This document shows, piece after piece, positions 42,739-58,958 of a stretch of DNA of 64,000 nt. A program made the position numbers and the translations under genes. A model generated the notes under the pieces. That model saw nothing but the letters and a program-made list of their open reading frames with translations. It did not search any database and had not been told where the DNA came from. Location of the stretch: contig OZ024741.1 of assembly GCA_964016885.1 (NCBI GenBank), positions 170,438,001 through 170,502,000 on the forward strand, given 5' to 3'. Position 1 is the stretch's first letter, and the number at the start of each line of letters is the position of its first letter. This DNA comes from Eledone cirrhosa (taxonomy: Eukaryota).

Positions 42739-43689
42739 CTCTGGTTAGATACCATTAACCACAAAAAACAAATCCTCCATTCCCATTATGCCAAACCCAT
42801 GACTTCCAAACATCTGATCCACCGAAACTCGGCCATTTCGGACCATACCAAAATGAACATACTGATTGCGGATTTGGTACGGGTGATGAGAAATGTGTCC
42901 TGCATGTGCAACCCCGAAGAACTAGAGAGACACATACAAGACTTCATCCACCGTATGCAGTTCTCTGGCTACAATCAGAGAGATAGAATAAGAGTGTATA
43001 GAGGAGCCAGAACCAAATGGGAAAAAATGGTAAATAATGACATAAATGGGACCTGCCCCTTGTATAGGAGCACATTTTGGAATAGAATAGAAAGAACTAG
43101 GAACAAGGCTAATAGAATAAACTCATGGTATGATAGCAATAAATACCAGAGTGTAATGTTCATCGATACAACCCCTAGAGGCGAACTAGCCTACAAATTT
43201 AGAAGGGCCCTAAATAAACATAATCTCAATATTAAGATAGTAGAAAGACCAGGTACCTCCGTAAAAACACTTATTAGCAAGACATACCCGTTCCAAAGAC
43301 CCTCATGTATAGATAAGAAATGTATAACCTGTAAAATAAGCCCCCATATTAACTGTAAAACTAGAAATGTAGTGTATAGCATAAGATGTACTGAAGGACA
43401 ATGTAGAGACAAAAATATAGTGTACATAGGTGAGACAGCTCGTAGTATAGGGGAACGGATAAATGAACACTGGCGAGACCTTCAAGATAATAAAGAATCA
43501 TCTGTACTCTACCAACATGCTAAGATAGAACACAAGGGTAAATTAGAGAACATAGAAATAAAAATAGAATCTACACACAGAAAAGATGCAATGTTTAGAC
43601 AAATTACAGAGGCAATAAACATAAAAGAATTACAACCAAAATTAAATAGAAAATATGAGTGGAACAGCAACATCACAACTTACAATTAA
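42739..43689 (+). pseudogene. 5'-truncated but open family D thumb plus GIY-YIG
   Basis: LWLDT, HYAKPM, C-x4-C-x2-C, CKTRNVVYSIRC, YIGETARS, RQITEA, PKLNRKYEW. Confidence 0.88.
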
Positions 43690-43905
43690 GGACAAAGTGA
43701 AAACACACACACACATAGAACAAACAACCAACGAGTAACATGTAAATAAATAAATAAATAAATAAACAAATAGATAAATGAACATAAACACACACAGACA
43801 CCCGGATGTGGCGCATGCGCAGACTGAGCACACAACACACACACAGAAACAAAATGGCGTAGGACAGAACAAAGGAGAGGCACAGAAACAAAGAAAGGAA
43901 TCCCC

Positions 43906-43950
43906 AGTCACTGAAGAGGTCACAGAGTGTGTGACGAAAGGACTATGACT
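43906..43950 (+). ncRNA. Minimal type I hammerhead, family D pLTR (mirror copy 41453..41497 minus)
   Basis: AGTCA-CTGAAGA-G-GTCAC/GTGAC-GAAA-GGAC-TA-TGACT. Confidence 0.78.
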
Positions 43951-44163
43951 ATATATAAACAACTATCTGGTTGTGGAACCAACCAACCAACCAGAAATTT
44001 ATAAATTTATAAACTTGTAAATTTATAAATATATAATAAACTGAAGTGAAAGCATCTGGTGCGTGTGTTTCTTATTGGCAACATGACTCTCCCAAAGTAT
44101 AACAATATCGGTTTCAACACACGATTTCAGATAAAGAATCTTGCTAAACAAATTCAGAAACGA

Positions 44164-44196
<33 letters not shown>

Positions 44197-44216
44197 TAAT
44201 ATATATATATAAATAA

Positions 44217-44250
<34 letters not shown>

Positions 44251-44310
44251 ATAAATTTTATTACTAATTATATCTAAATGTTTCTTCTCTCTTCATAATG
44301 TATAAATAAA

Positions 44311-44359
<49 letters not shown>

Positions 44360-44452
44360 ATATGTATATATATATATGTATATATATGTATATGTATATA
44401 TGTATATATATGTATATATATATATATGTATATATGTATATATATATATATT

Positions 44453-44507
<55 letters not shown>

Positions 44508-44553
44508 TTATATATATATATATATATAAATATATATGTATATATATTTATAT

Positions 44554-44603
<50 letters not shown>

Positions 44604-44605
44604 TT

Positions 44606-44692
<87 letters not shown>

Positions 44693-44717
44693 TATATATA
44701 TATGTGTGTGCATCCGT

Positions 44718-45005
44718 GTATGTTGGGCCTGTTGGATGTAAATTCTTCCCTTTATATATCTTCTCCCCCTCAGCACACCACCACATCCTGGCCCTCTCTC
44801 CATTCATGTACTCAGCATTCTCACAGTCTTTAGTTCGGCCATCTGTTATTATATCGTCGTAGCGTCGTCTTTGATGCATTGGACCATAACCACGACACAT
44901 GCATATGCCACGGCCTTCCTTCTTCACCAACACCTTACGATCACTTTTAATTGTACCCGTGCCATTATACGATGCGAAAAGTACACATATAGAGGTGAAC
45001 ACCAT
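44718..45005 (-). mobile_element. Possible decayed LINE 3' end
   Basis: Minus-strand peptide RKVLVKKEGRG...QRRRYDDII...ERARMW loosely resembles RTE C-termini. Confidence 0.3.
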
Positions 45006-45010
45006 TCACA

Positions 45011-45056
<46 letters not shown>

Positions 45057-45059
<3 letters not shown>

Positions 45060-45590
45060 TTTGAGTATATGTTGGTTGTTTACCGACACCTCAGTATGCA
45101 GATTGGAGTACTGGACGAAGTACACAGATTGGTTTTTTTACACCGGAGTAATGTAAAATAATTTAGTCAAATATGTAAAATTTTGCTTCGTTTGTTATAA
45201 ATTATAGATATAATGCTATATATATTTAGGTGACAGTCAGCATTGGCTGTGACCTCTTCAGGCAGTCCGAATTGGTGTGGGAAAGACAGGTACACATGTT
45301 GTTGAAGTGTATTTTACTCCGTCAATACATCGATATGTCCTGCTCCTGGTTGTGTTGTTATTCCAGTTCCTCAGAGAAATAACAATACAACCAGGAGCTG
45401 GACATATCGATGTATATATTGACGGAGTAAAACACACTTCAACAACATGTGTACCTGTCTTTCCCACACCAATTCGTACTGTCTGAAGAGGTCACAGCCA
45501 ATGATGGCTGTCACCTAAATATATATAGCAGTATATCTATAATTTATAATAAACGAAGCAAAATTTTACATGTTTGACTTAATTATTTTA
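45057..45590. mobile_element. Non-coding fold-back element (family F) with a hammerhead in each arm
   Basis: Arms about 45154-45358 / 45378-45590; left tail about 97 nt. 45478..45532 reads ACTGT-CTGAAGA-GGTCACAGCCA/TGGCTGTCACC-TAAA-TATATA-TA-GCAGT. Confidence 0.82.
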
Positions 45591-45661
45591 TATATATATA
45601 CATATAACATAGAAATGGGTTCTACAGGACTATCTTTCTATTTCTTTAATTTCTCATTCTA

Positions 45662-45699
45662 TTTTCTGATGAAAGACTAGCATCCGAAAGTTAAAGAAT
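45662..45699 (+). ncRNA. Isolated degenerate minimal hammerhead
   Basis: TTTT-CTGATGA-AAGACTAGCATCC-GAAA-GT-TA-AAGA. Confidence 0.45.
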
Positions 45700-45794
45700 C
45701 TTTTGCTAATATATTAAGTGTAACACTAATAATATTTTTCTATACTGAATTGTATTGTTTGCTTTGCTATTTCTATTTGCCTTTTACATGTGTG

Positions 45795-45898
<104 letters not shown>

Positions 45899-45955
45899 TG
45901 CGCGCGCGTGTGTGTGTGTGTGTACCGCACATATATGGCTGCATATATATGTATA

Positions 45956-45986
<31 letters not shown>

Positions 45987-46030
45987 GTATATATCAATTA
46001 TATTATATATTATATATTATATACTATTAT

Positions 46031-46218
46031 GGTGGATTGGCAGTATCGGTAGAGGGTCGGACGCTATGAATTGCAGCAAAGAGTTACGGCCCTTTGTGGT
46101 CTGAGTTCAAATCGCACCGAGGTTAACTTTGCTTTTCATGCTTACGGCGTCGATAAAATATAGTACCAGTAATACACTGGAATAATTGCTGGCCTTGTGC
46201 CAAAAGTAAAAACAATTA
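46031..46218 (+). mobile_element. tRNA-derived SINE with Nin-like core (octopus-type)
   Basis: A-box TGGCAGTATCGG, B-box GAGTTCAAATC, core GCYTTTCATSCTTACGGCGTCGATAAAATA.AGTACCAG, tail GCTGGCCTTGTGCCAAAA. Confidence 0.85.
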
Positions 46219-46868
46219 TATTATATTATATTATGTTATATTTTGTTAATGAGATTACTCTTTGTTGATACTACGAGTCTTGCTGTTTGCCAGAGAAATA
46301 ACGAATGATCCCATGAATATATAATGTATAGTATTTTTTTTACTTTGGTCATAATCACTTTTTCTTCGTGTTTGTAAACATAAACGGACATATATTTTGC
46401 ATATTCTCAGTAGTTTTGTCTTGTTCTCAGTTACTCATTGAATTCATAGCAAAAAATTACTCTACTGTTACTTAGAAATACATTTTCAAGTATTTTAGAG
46501 AACCCCCTCTCTAAATTCACTATCGGTAGAGCATGCGCAATGATAACCAAAATGAACTCAAATCGAGTATGAAACATACTCACAGCATTTGCTCAGGAAG
46601 AAATGTCACGTTCATGTCTGTTTACATCCAAATATTTCACCCTCAGTCCGTCTATCTATCTACATTTCCCCCAAACTTTGTTTTTTCTATTTAATTTGCA
46701 ATTGAGAGTTGTAGATATGACATAAGATATCTGTAAAAAAGAATCTGATATAGTTCATAATCAACATCAAATTGAAAGAGATGATATATACAGACTGAAA
46801 GTAATGTAAAAACGAATGGACGCATAGAAAGTTTTATATCCAATAATATTATTGATGAACACCAACGA

Positions 46869-46977
<109 letters not shown>

Positions 46978-47081
46978 TGTGCGTCAGTGTGTACGTATGT
47001 GTTTGCGCGTGGATGTATATATATATGGAGGGCTTCATGTGCATATATTTATGCATGTTTATATGTGTACACACGCACACA

Positions 47082-47192
<111 letters not shown>

Positions 47193-47492
47193 GTCTGTGT
47201 GCGTGTGTGTGTGTGTGTACGTCTACCTATATCTTTCTTCTTCTTTATTTATTAAGAAATGTATTCCTCTCATAACATTTTTTAGAATGAAATTTCACAA
47301 TGAATTCTTTTTTCCGAAATCATATTTATTACATAAATGGTATTTATATGCACAAGATATCTTTTTATGAATAAATTGAGTTTAATACAATATTATGAAC
47401 TATCTCAATCTATATATAATTCTGCCATTTTCTAGCAATTTATTCATCTTTCAATCTCTCTGCCTACCCACCTTTCTGTCATTTTATCTACT

Positions 47493-47590
<98 letters not shown>

Positions 47591-48126
47591 ATTAAGAGAA
47601 AACCTATATATTTGCTAGCATTGATATGCATCTGTATATATATGTTACTAGATATGAATTCTTTATTATTATCTCCAAATTATTTGTCGAGCAATATTGG
47701 CCATGACTGCTGCTACGGTTTTAGGCAGACCGCTGTCTTATTAGCAAACCACTTTCCACTGATTCACCTCGATGTCGCGTGTTCGATTCTTTTTGAATTT
47801 GCCAAAGACGTAGAGGCAGTGATTTTCTCAATGGCTAGGAATTCAGTCCACGCTTTGCTATTTCCTATCCACTGAATTATTTTTTAATAAGTTTCCAGAG
47901 TCCTCGCTTTGCCTGTAAACTTACATGAGAATAGACTTTCCTGACGACGGAATGCTTAACTGTATCTTCTTCGGAAAATATATTTACTCCATTCCAGAAA
48001 CTAATTAGTTGGAAGTGATATTTTAGTAAGTAAGTTAATTTTATAATTTTCTTATTTTACGTCTCTTATATATATATATATATATATATACATATATATA
48101 TGTATATATAAATATATATATATATA

Positions 48127-48697
<571 letters not shown>

Positions 48698-49016
48698 GCC
48701 TATCCATGCATCCATCCGTCTCTCTCTCTCTCTGTATCTATCTATATATCTATATATCTACCTATCTAACTACATATCTGTAAGTCTGTTTGTCTATCTA
48801 TCGATGCTACTCTCTCACCTGCTGTCGACGAGATTACATAACTACTGTGAATAATAGTTGCAATTGAAAATTATGAAAATGCGATTGAAGAACACAAGCT
48901 GCTACCGATAGTCTGGGTTTATATAATATACACATATTACCCACACGTTTTCTTTTTCCTTACTAATAACGTGCAGCAGCCACTCTGAGGCACAAGTTTG
49001 TATATTCTTACGGCCG

Positions 49017-49110
49017 TATGTATGTATGTATGTATGTATGTATGTATGTATGTATGTATGTATGTATGTATGTATGTATGTATGTATGTATGTATGTATG
49101 TATGTATGTA
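49017..49110. repeat. (TATG)n microsatellite
   Basis: Visible directly. Confidence 0.95.
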
Positions 49111-49527
49111 TATGTGTATGTATGTATTTATGTATATATAAATATGATTCATATACTTAACTTATTTTCTACTATCTCTACTTCACACATATATTATTAC
49201 ACCTATCGATAAATCATTAAATTCCTTTATATCACTGCTTGAAACTCCTTTGAGGAAAATTCTTTCTTGATAAACTTACTGAAGGGTTTAAGAAAATCTT
49301 TTGAAAATTCCTTTAAGGGATATAGAAAAACTATATTTTCATATTTTTATATTTTTCAACGGTTTAATATATATATATACAAATGTTTATATATATGTGA
49401 TAAATATAGTGTTTTTTTTTATATATGTGTGGTATAACCTAGAATTTATGCTTTAAATATATTTTGTAAATATATTCTTAGGAAACATTTTTATACTTTA
49501 TGCTTTAAATATATTCTTATGAAAACA

Positions 49528-49659
49528 TTTTTTTTAAAAATGTTATAATTTTTTAACTTTATAACAAATAATTTTTTTTTTAAATGTTATAATTTTTTAA
49601 CTTTATAACAAATAATTTTTTTTTTAAATGTTATAATTTTTTAACTTTATAACAAATAA
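49528..49659 (+). repeat. About 44-bp AT-rich minisatellite, 3 copies
   Basis: T(n)AAATGTTATAATTTTTTAACTTTATAACAAATAA x3. Confidence 0.85.
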
Positions 49660-49830
49660 ATTTATGAATTCATAAATTTATGACTTCCTATAAAATAACA
49701 CAAGGTTCATGTTCTAATTACACTCTTAAGATAGAAAATTTAACTTTTTAGCTTCATAACATTATAGCATATAATCCTTAGAGTCATCTGAGTTACTAAT
49801 AAATCACTTATAACTTTCTTTATGCTTTAC

Positions 49831-50018
49831 TGTTGGATTGGCAGTATCAGTAGAGGGTCGGACGCCATGCTTTGCAGCACAGTTACGTCCCTTTACGGAC
49901 TGAGTTCAAAACCCGCCGAGGTTAAGTTTGCCTTTCATCCTTAAGGGGTCGATAAAATAAAGTACCAGTAATACACTCGGATAATTGCTGGCCTTGTGCC
50001 AAAAGTAGAAACAATTAT
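49831..50018 (+). mobile_element. Octopus-type tRNA/Nin SINE
   Basis: Homologous to 46031..46218. Confidence 0.85.
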
Positions 50019-50780
50019 AATACAAATAAGTGGTTATTCTTTTGTAAACTCTCGGAATTTCCATAAATTTTGAATTATTTGGATATTTTAAATTTTTGAC
50101 TTACAATTTTTTAACAATTAATAATATATATATTTTATAATAATATATATATTTTTTAATATATTTTTTTAATAATATATTATATTTTTTTAAAATATTT
50201 TTTATTTATTTTTTTTATTTATTTTTTAAAAATATTTTTTAATAATCTATAATCCTTAACATACAGATTTAAACTAATTATTAAATTATTAATTAAACAT
50301 TTAATCAAATCTATTAATTAAACCTTTAATCAAATGTTTTCAACCTATCATTATAAATAGTATAGTCAAAACATAACGAATCCTGCTTTATTATTCATCC
50401 ACGCTATATTCGTTTATTCGGTTCTTCTTTCCTCTCAGGTAAACATACTTACGCTATATTTGTCCTTTATAACTAATATTTTCTCTCACTTAAATATAAA
50501 CACTCTTCTCACACTATTCCACTGGCAAAATATATATAACCAGTTCTTCTTTTTCTTTTTATTTTTTTTTCCTCTCTCCCTCATAATATCACATTCTTCC
50601 AACAGTTTAATTTAAATATACCGTTATTTAAACTTTTCGGACACTCATTTGCATACGCAATCATAACTTTATATCACCCTCAATAAATCTAATATCTCCA
50701 CTATCCAGGAAGCTCCAACCGTTAAGCTTGTCTTTTTTCAGAGTATGTCAATATTTATTTATAAAACTAATTCTGTATTG

Positions 50781-50846
50781 TATTTTATCTGATGAAACCG
50801 CACCATAATTTGCCTTGGTGGCCATTGAAATATGTATAATAAAATA
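50781..50846 (+). ncRNA. Type I hammerhead motif near a (TA)n junction
   Basis: TATTTTAT-CTGATGA-A..CACCA/TGGTG..T-GAAA-TATGTA-TA-ATAAAATA (8-bp stem I). Confidence 0.6.
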
Positions 50847-50884
50847 AATATGGTTTTATAGATATAGTTTCCATTTGTTAATAT

Positions 50885-50944
<60 letters not shown>

Positions 50945-50992
50945 AGAACTGTGAGTGAACAGGTTAAAAGTGTCTTCGTTTATTGGTATTCC

Positions 50993-51047
50993 CTGTTATA
51001 TATTTCGGTAATAACCATTATTCAACAGCTATGACCTCATCAGACAG
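50993..51047 (-). ncRNA. Type I hammerhead motif in a family F-like terminus
   Basis: Minus: CTGT-CTGATGA-GGTCATAGCTGT...ATGGTTATTACC-GAAA-TATA-TA-ACAG. Confidence 0.72.
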
Positions 51048-51641
51048 TTAAACTTGAACAGAAAGAAGAGAAAAACATAATGGTCGAACAAAGTTTACAT
51101 CCGTTATTTCGGTCCTTTGATATGCCTTGTCCCGCACAGGTGGCATACTCCCGTGCACACACACACACACACCCACCCACATATATATGTGCAACTATAA
51201 CACACAATCAGTGACTTTGAACTGAAAATTATACTCTATAGAACTTGTGTTCAGATGTTTCATGTGGGCAAATAATGATAAACGTGGAAAATAAAGATAA
51301 ACAGTTTAGAGTGAATAATGTAATTTATATGAAATTCTACGTAATATAGTAATGAATGAAAAGTGTTGATAAAAAGATTATAATTTTTCGGACCATTAAG
51401 CTGATCTTTAGAAATGAAAATCTTTTAAATGTTTTTGAAAGCCTAAATGTAAATATTAAATATCGTAAATCTAGAGATTTACGAGAAGTTATAATCTCAT
51501 TAGTTCAATTCTGTCTGTTAACATAAATTTCAACAGATAGCTGATTATATATATATATATATATGCATAGGTATGTATGTGTGTATATATATATATATAT
51601 ATACACATAGGTATGTATGTGTGTATATATATATATATATG

Positions 51642-51703
<62 letters not shown>

Positions 51704-51722
51704 CATATATATATTTATGTAT

Positions 51723-51809
<87 letters not shown>

Positions 51810-51840
51810 TACATAAATATATATATGTATATATATATAT

Positions 51841-52304
51841 AAGTATTGAAGTTTCCGTTGAAAATTGAAAAAGTCATAGGAGTGAAGAGTGCTCTATGTA
51901 AGTACCAGAGCAAAATTTAATGTATAATAAACAATACAATATAATTACCTCATTACCAGAGGTTTCCCGAATAAGACGAATACGAAAAAAAAAAACGTCC
52001 TCATTCGTTTGTCGGACAAGGTAATATAAAACATAGTGAAATATTTGGAAAGTCTCCTCAAGGAATGCAAAATAATATATAAATAAAAGTAATGCAAGAC
52101 ATATATTAAAAAATATAAAAAAATATATAAAAAATATAAGGAAATATAGTTAGGTATGTGTATATGTATGTATATACACTCACAAATGTACATATGTGTG
52201 TATGTACAAATGCACGAACGAATGAGGACGTTTTTTTTTCGTATTCGTCTTATTCGGGAAACCTCTGGTAATGAGGTAATTATATTGTATTGTTTATTAT
52301 ACAT

Positions 52305-52307
<3 letters not shown>
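51841..52307. mobile_element. Fold-back element (family S) with a degenerate hammerhead (51944..52025 minus)
   Basis: Arms about 51918-52009 / 52217-52307; stem I ATTACCTTGT/ATGAGGTAAT; core decayed to CCGACAA; GAAA-CCTCTGG-TA. Confidence 0.7.
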
Positions 52308-52335
<28 letters not shown>

Positions 52336-52336
<1 letters not shown>

Positions 52337-53275
52337 AATATATGTATACGTACATACATATATGTATAGAGACGTACAGTAGTATGTATATACATACATA
52401 CATGCACACACATATATATATATATATACGTACGTATGTGTTTACCGACAATTTATGATAATGCTCGGTTTGTTTGTAAACAAACAGCCCGAATTATTAG
52501 CCGTACAGTGTTTAGCAACCATCGTTGCCCTTTTGGTCAACACTGACAAAGGAACGATGAACTAGTTTCTAGCTTATTAGCTGTCATCAGCACTGTATAC
52601 CTTCCTGTCAGTCGATTGAGCGTTTGAAAGTATATACTTACCGTATGCATATTAACGGCTGAGCAGCCTAATTTACATATCGAGTGAGTTAGTCGGCCTG
52701 GTGTACCGAAAACGATAAATGGAAAAAATGAAATTTCATTTCTCAGTTTTAGTACGGCTGATACTTAAATATAAGTATGTATACGTACATACATATATGT
52801 ATACAGACGTACAGTAGTATGTATATACATACATACATGCACACATATATATATATATATGTACGTATGGGTTTACCGAACATTTACTATAATGCTCGGT
52901 TTGTTTGGAAACAAACAGCCCGAATTATTAGCCGTACATTGTTCGGCAACCATCGTTGACCTTTTGTTCAACACTGACAAAGGAACGATGAACTTGTTTC
53001 TAGCTTATTAGCTGTCATCAGCATCGTATACCTTCCTGTCAGTCGATTGAAAGTTTAAAATATATACTTTCCTTATGCATATTAACGGCTGAGCAGCCTC
53101 GTTTGTACATCGAGTGAGTTAGTCGGCCTGTTGTACCGAAAACGATAAATGGAAAAATGAAATTTCATTTCTCACTCTTAGTACGGCTGATACATAAATA
53201 TAAATATGTATACGTACATACATATATATATACAGACGTACGTCTGTATACATATATGTATATATATACATACAT

Positions 53276-53308
<33 letters not shown>

Positions 53309-53735
53309 CGTATGGGTTTACCGAACATTTATTATAATGCTCGGTTTGAATATGCAAATTAGGCTGCTCAGCCGTTAATATGCATAAGAAATTATATACT
53401 TTCAAACGTTCAATCGACTGATAGGAAGCTATACAGTGCTGATGACAGCTAATAAGCCAGAAACTAGTTCATCGTTCCTTTGTCAGTGTTGAACAAAACG
53501 GCAACGATGGTTGCCGGACACTGTACGGCTAATAATTCGGGATGTTTGTTTACAAACAAAGCGAGCATTATAATAAATGTTCGGTAAACCGATACGTACA
53601 TATATATATGTGTGCATGTATGTACGTATATACATACTACTGTACGTCTGTATACATATATGTATGTACGTATACATGCTTATATTTAAGTATCAGCCGT
53701 ACTAAGAGTGAGAAATGAAATTTCCTTTTTTCCAT
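52336..53735. mobile_element. Retrozyme-like 431-bp tandem repeat (about 2.3 units, minus) plus one inverted unit (family T)
   Basis: HHRs at 52555..52595 (-), 52986..53026 (-) and 53434..53474 (+): CGATG-CTGATGA-C-AGCT-AATA-AGCT-A-GAAA-CWAG-TT-CATCG. No credible ORF. Confidence 0.8.
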
Positions 53736-53854
53736 ATATATAATATATATATACATATATATAATATAATACATATATACAATATAAATACATATATATA
53801 ATATAATACATATATATAATATAAATACATATACACACACAGATATAAATATAT

Positions 53855-55904
53855 ATTGTTATACTTTGGGAGGGTCATGTTGCCAATAAGAAACACACGC
53901 AACAGTTGCTTTCATTCCAATTTATTATAAATTAAATTATAAATAAATAAAAAATTCATAAATTTCCGGTTGGCTGGTTGGTTCCACAACCGGATGGTTG
54001 TTCATATATTGTCAAAGTTCTTTCGTCACACATTCTGTGACCTCATCAGTGACCGGGGATTCTTTTCTTTGTTTTGTGCCTCGCCTTTGTTCTGTCCTAC
54101 GCCATCTTGTTTTTGTGTGTGTTGTGTACTTAGTTTGCGCATGTGTTACATCCGGGTGTCTGTGTGTGATTTTATTTGTTTATTTATTTGTTTATTTACT
54201 TGTTACTAGTTGGTTGTTTGTTCTATGTGTGTGGATTTTCATTTTGTCCTTAATTGTAAGTTGTGATGTTGTTATTCCATTCATGTTTTCTATTTAATTT
54301 TGGTTGGAGTTTATTTATGTTTATTGCCTCTGTGATTTATCTAAACATTGCGTCATTTCTGTGTGTAGATTTTATTTTTATTTCTATGTTCTCTAATTTG
54401 CCCTTATGTTCTATTTTAGCATGCTGGTCGAGTACTGATGAATCTTTTCTATCTTGAAGCTCTTCCCAGTGTTCATTTAATCATTCTCCTATACTACTAG
54501 CTGTCTCACCTATATACATTATATTCTTATCTTTACATTGTCCTTCAGTACATCTTATGCTATATACTATGTTTCTAGTTTAACAGTTAATATGGGGGCT
54601 TAGTTTACAGATTATGCATTTCTTATCTATACAGGGAGGTCTTTGAAAAGGGTATGTATTGCTAATAAGTGTTTTATGGAGGTACCTGGTCTTTCTACTA
54701 TCTTAATATTTAGTTTAAGTTTATCTAGGGCCCTTCTAAATTTGTAAGCTAGTTAATCTCTAGGGGTTGTATTGATGAACATAACACTCTGGTATTTATT
54801 ACTATCAGACCATGAGTTTATTCTATTAATCTTAGGTTATATAAACTCATGCCATGAGTTTATTCTATTAACCTTAAGGTTAATAGAATAGACTCATGGC
54901 ATGATAGCAATAAATACCAGAGTGTAATGTTTATCAATACAATCCCTAGAGGTCAACAAGCTTACATATTTAGATGGGCCCTAGATAAACTTAAACTAAA
55001 TATTAAGATAATGGAAAGACCAGGTACCTCCATAAAAACACTTATTAGTAATACATACCCTTTTCAAAGACCTCCCTGTATAGATAAGAAATGCATAATC
55101 TGTAAACTATGACCCATATTAACTGCAAGACTAGAAACATAGGATATAGCATAAGATGTACTGAGGGACAATGTAAAGATAAGAATATAATGTACATATG
55201 TGAGACAGCTCGTAGTATAGGAGAACGATTAAATGAATACTGGGAAGAGCTTCAAGATAGAAAAGATTCATCAGTACTCCACCAGCATGCTAAAATAGAA
55301 CGTAAGGACAAATTAGAGAACAGAAATAAAAATAAATTCTACACACAGAAAAGAAGCAATGTTTAGACAAATCACAGAGGCAATAAACATAAATGAACTT
55401 CAAGCAAAATTAAGTAGAAAACGTGAATGGAATAGCAACATCACAACTTACAATTAAGGACAAAATGAAAACACACACACACTTAGAACAAACAACCAAC
55501 TAGTAACAAGTAAATAAACAAATAAATAAACAAATAAAAACACACACAGACACCCGGATATAACACATGCGCAAAATAAGCACACAAAACACACAAAAAC
55601 AAGATGGCGTAGGACAGAACAAATGAGAGGCACAAAACAAAGAAAAGAATCCCCAGTCACTGATGAGTTCACTGAATGTGTGACCAACGAACTTTGACAA
55701 TATATGAACAACCGTCCGGTTGTGGAACCAACCAACCAACCAACCGGAAATTTATAATTTTTTTAAAATTTACAATTTAATTTATAATAAATTGGAGTGA
55801 AAGCAACTGGTGTGTGTGTTTCTTATTGGCAACATGTATAACAATATCGTTTTCAACACACGTTTTCAGATAAAGAATCTTACTAAACAAATTCAGAAAC
55901 GAAA
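53855..55904. mobile_element. Family D fold-back insertion (EN plus pLTR only, degraded)
   Basis: Arms 53855-54830 / 54879-55847; right tail; HHR at 54011..54053 (-), decayed copy at 55656..55698 (+). Confidence 0.88.
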
Positions 55905-55937
55905 TATAAATATATACATATACATATATACGTACAT

Positions 55938-57632
<1,695 letters not shown>

Positions 57633-58265
57633 GCTTCTAGCATATGTAACATACCAATCTTGGATTTTCATAATTAAACACGTTCAACACATTTGTCAAT
57701 GTTGACGATAGGCTTACACTTGCTGCTATATAACAGCGAGAACCTGTAGACAGATTATGATATTAGTAAGCAATTGTAATAAAATATAATATTGTAAAAC
57801 CGTAGAATTCGAAGAAAAGATTTTATGACCTGCATCTTCAAATTTATTAAAAAATATATTCGTTAGCCACGATAATATTTTTCCCCGGGAAAGATAAATT
57901 ATAATATCCGATACAATCTTTCATCGTGGTAGTAGTAATAGTGTGCGAGTGTGGTGCCATAACGTACAGGTAAACATATCTCAAATTCATTGCAGTTGCA
58001 AGATGTACTAATTATAATATGTATTAGTAATAACGTACACGATTATAATTGCGTTAGTATACGAATTTGTCACATTAGAGAATATTAGGATATCTGAAAT
58101 TGGTTGCTGCTCTTCTTGTTACCAAACTAATGAAATACTGATTTACTTGTCTGAAGTGGGAAGTTTCGATATATCTAAACTATAATAAAGTAAGGAGTGT
58201 GGGACTGCGTACGGCTTATTTATTTTAATACAGTTAGTAAAATACGCTGGATTACTTTGAATAAA

Positions 58266-58330
58266 TAATTGTTTCTACTTTTGGCACAAGGCCAGCAATT
58301 ACACCAGTGCATTACTGGTACTTTATTTTA
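58266..58330 (-). mobile_element. 3' fragment of the SINE
   Basis: Reverse complement of AAATAAAGTACCAGTAAT...AATTGCTGGCCTTGTGCCAAAAGTAGAAACAATTA. Confidence 0.8.
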
Positions 58331-58927
58331 TTTTTAATAAATAATGAATGAATATTACTTAATTTATCTACTAAATTTCGTAGTTGTTGATTAAATATAT
58401 TTTTAGCTTATTTAAAGATTCACTTCTTTAAAATGTTCAAATGTCAACACTTCCGGTTAGCGATCGCTTAAATAAACATTCATATATTTCCATCACTAAT
58501 TTTCTCTTAATGTAGTTTATATATAATATCGTCTTTTTTAATGTTACATGGATTACGTTACTGATTACATAAGACAGTGTAACAGTCTTCGTTCAATGTC
58601 TGTGTATATTGTCAATTACAATTTTATTTGATCATATCTACATGCATATATACTTTCGTATAATATCAATATGCACACTACACATGCTACCAGTAAACAA
58701 CACCCCAGGTGCTTTTTAGGTTTAATGATAAGATGTGTTCAGAAGTATATTCTATTTGGCCAGAAGCCAGAAGATAAACATAGAATTAACACTTCCAAAC
58801 TTGTTCTTAGTATTGTGAGTAGTACTTAATTAAAGAGTTTTGCATTGGTGAATATTTGTGACAGTCTTCATTGGCATTCTGAAAGACTGGTGTTTCTTTT
58901 CTTAGGGATTGAAATATTCTTCTTCTC

Positions 58928-58958
58928 AGTAGTAGCAGCAGGTAGTAGTAGTAGTAGT

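Noticed and set aside
46031-46115. tRNA gene
   Set aside because: A/B boxes are present, but there is no cloverleaf and the sequence continues into SINE core; multiple dispersed copies.
49528-49659. CRISPR-like array
   Set aside because: Contiguous minisatellite without spacers, in eukaryotic DNA.
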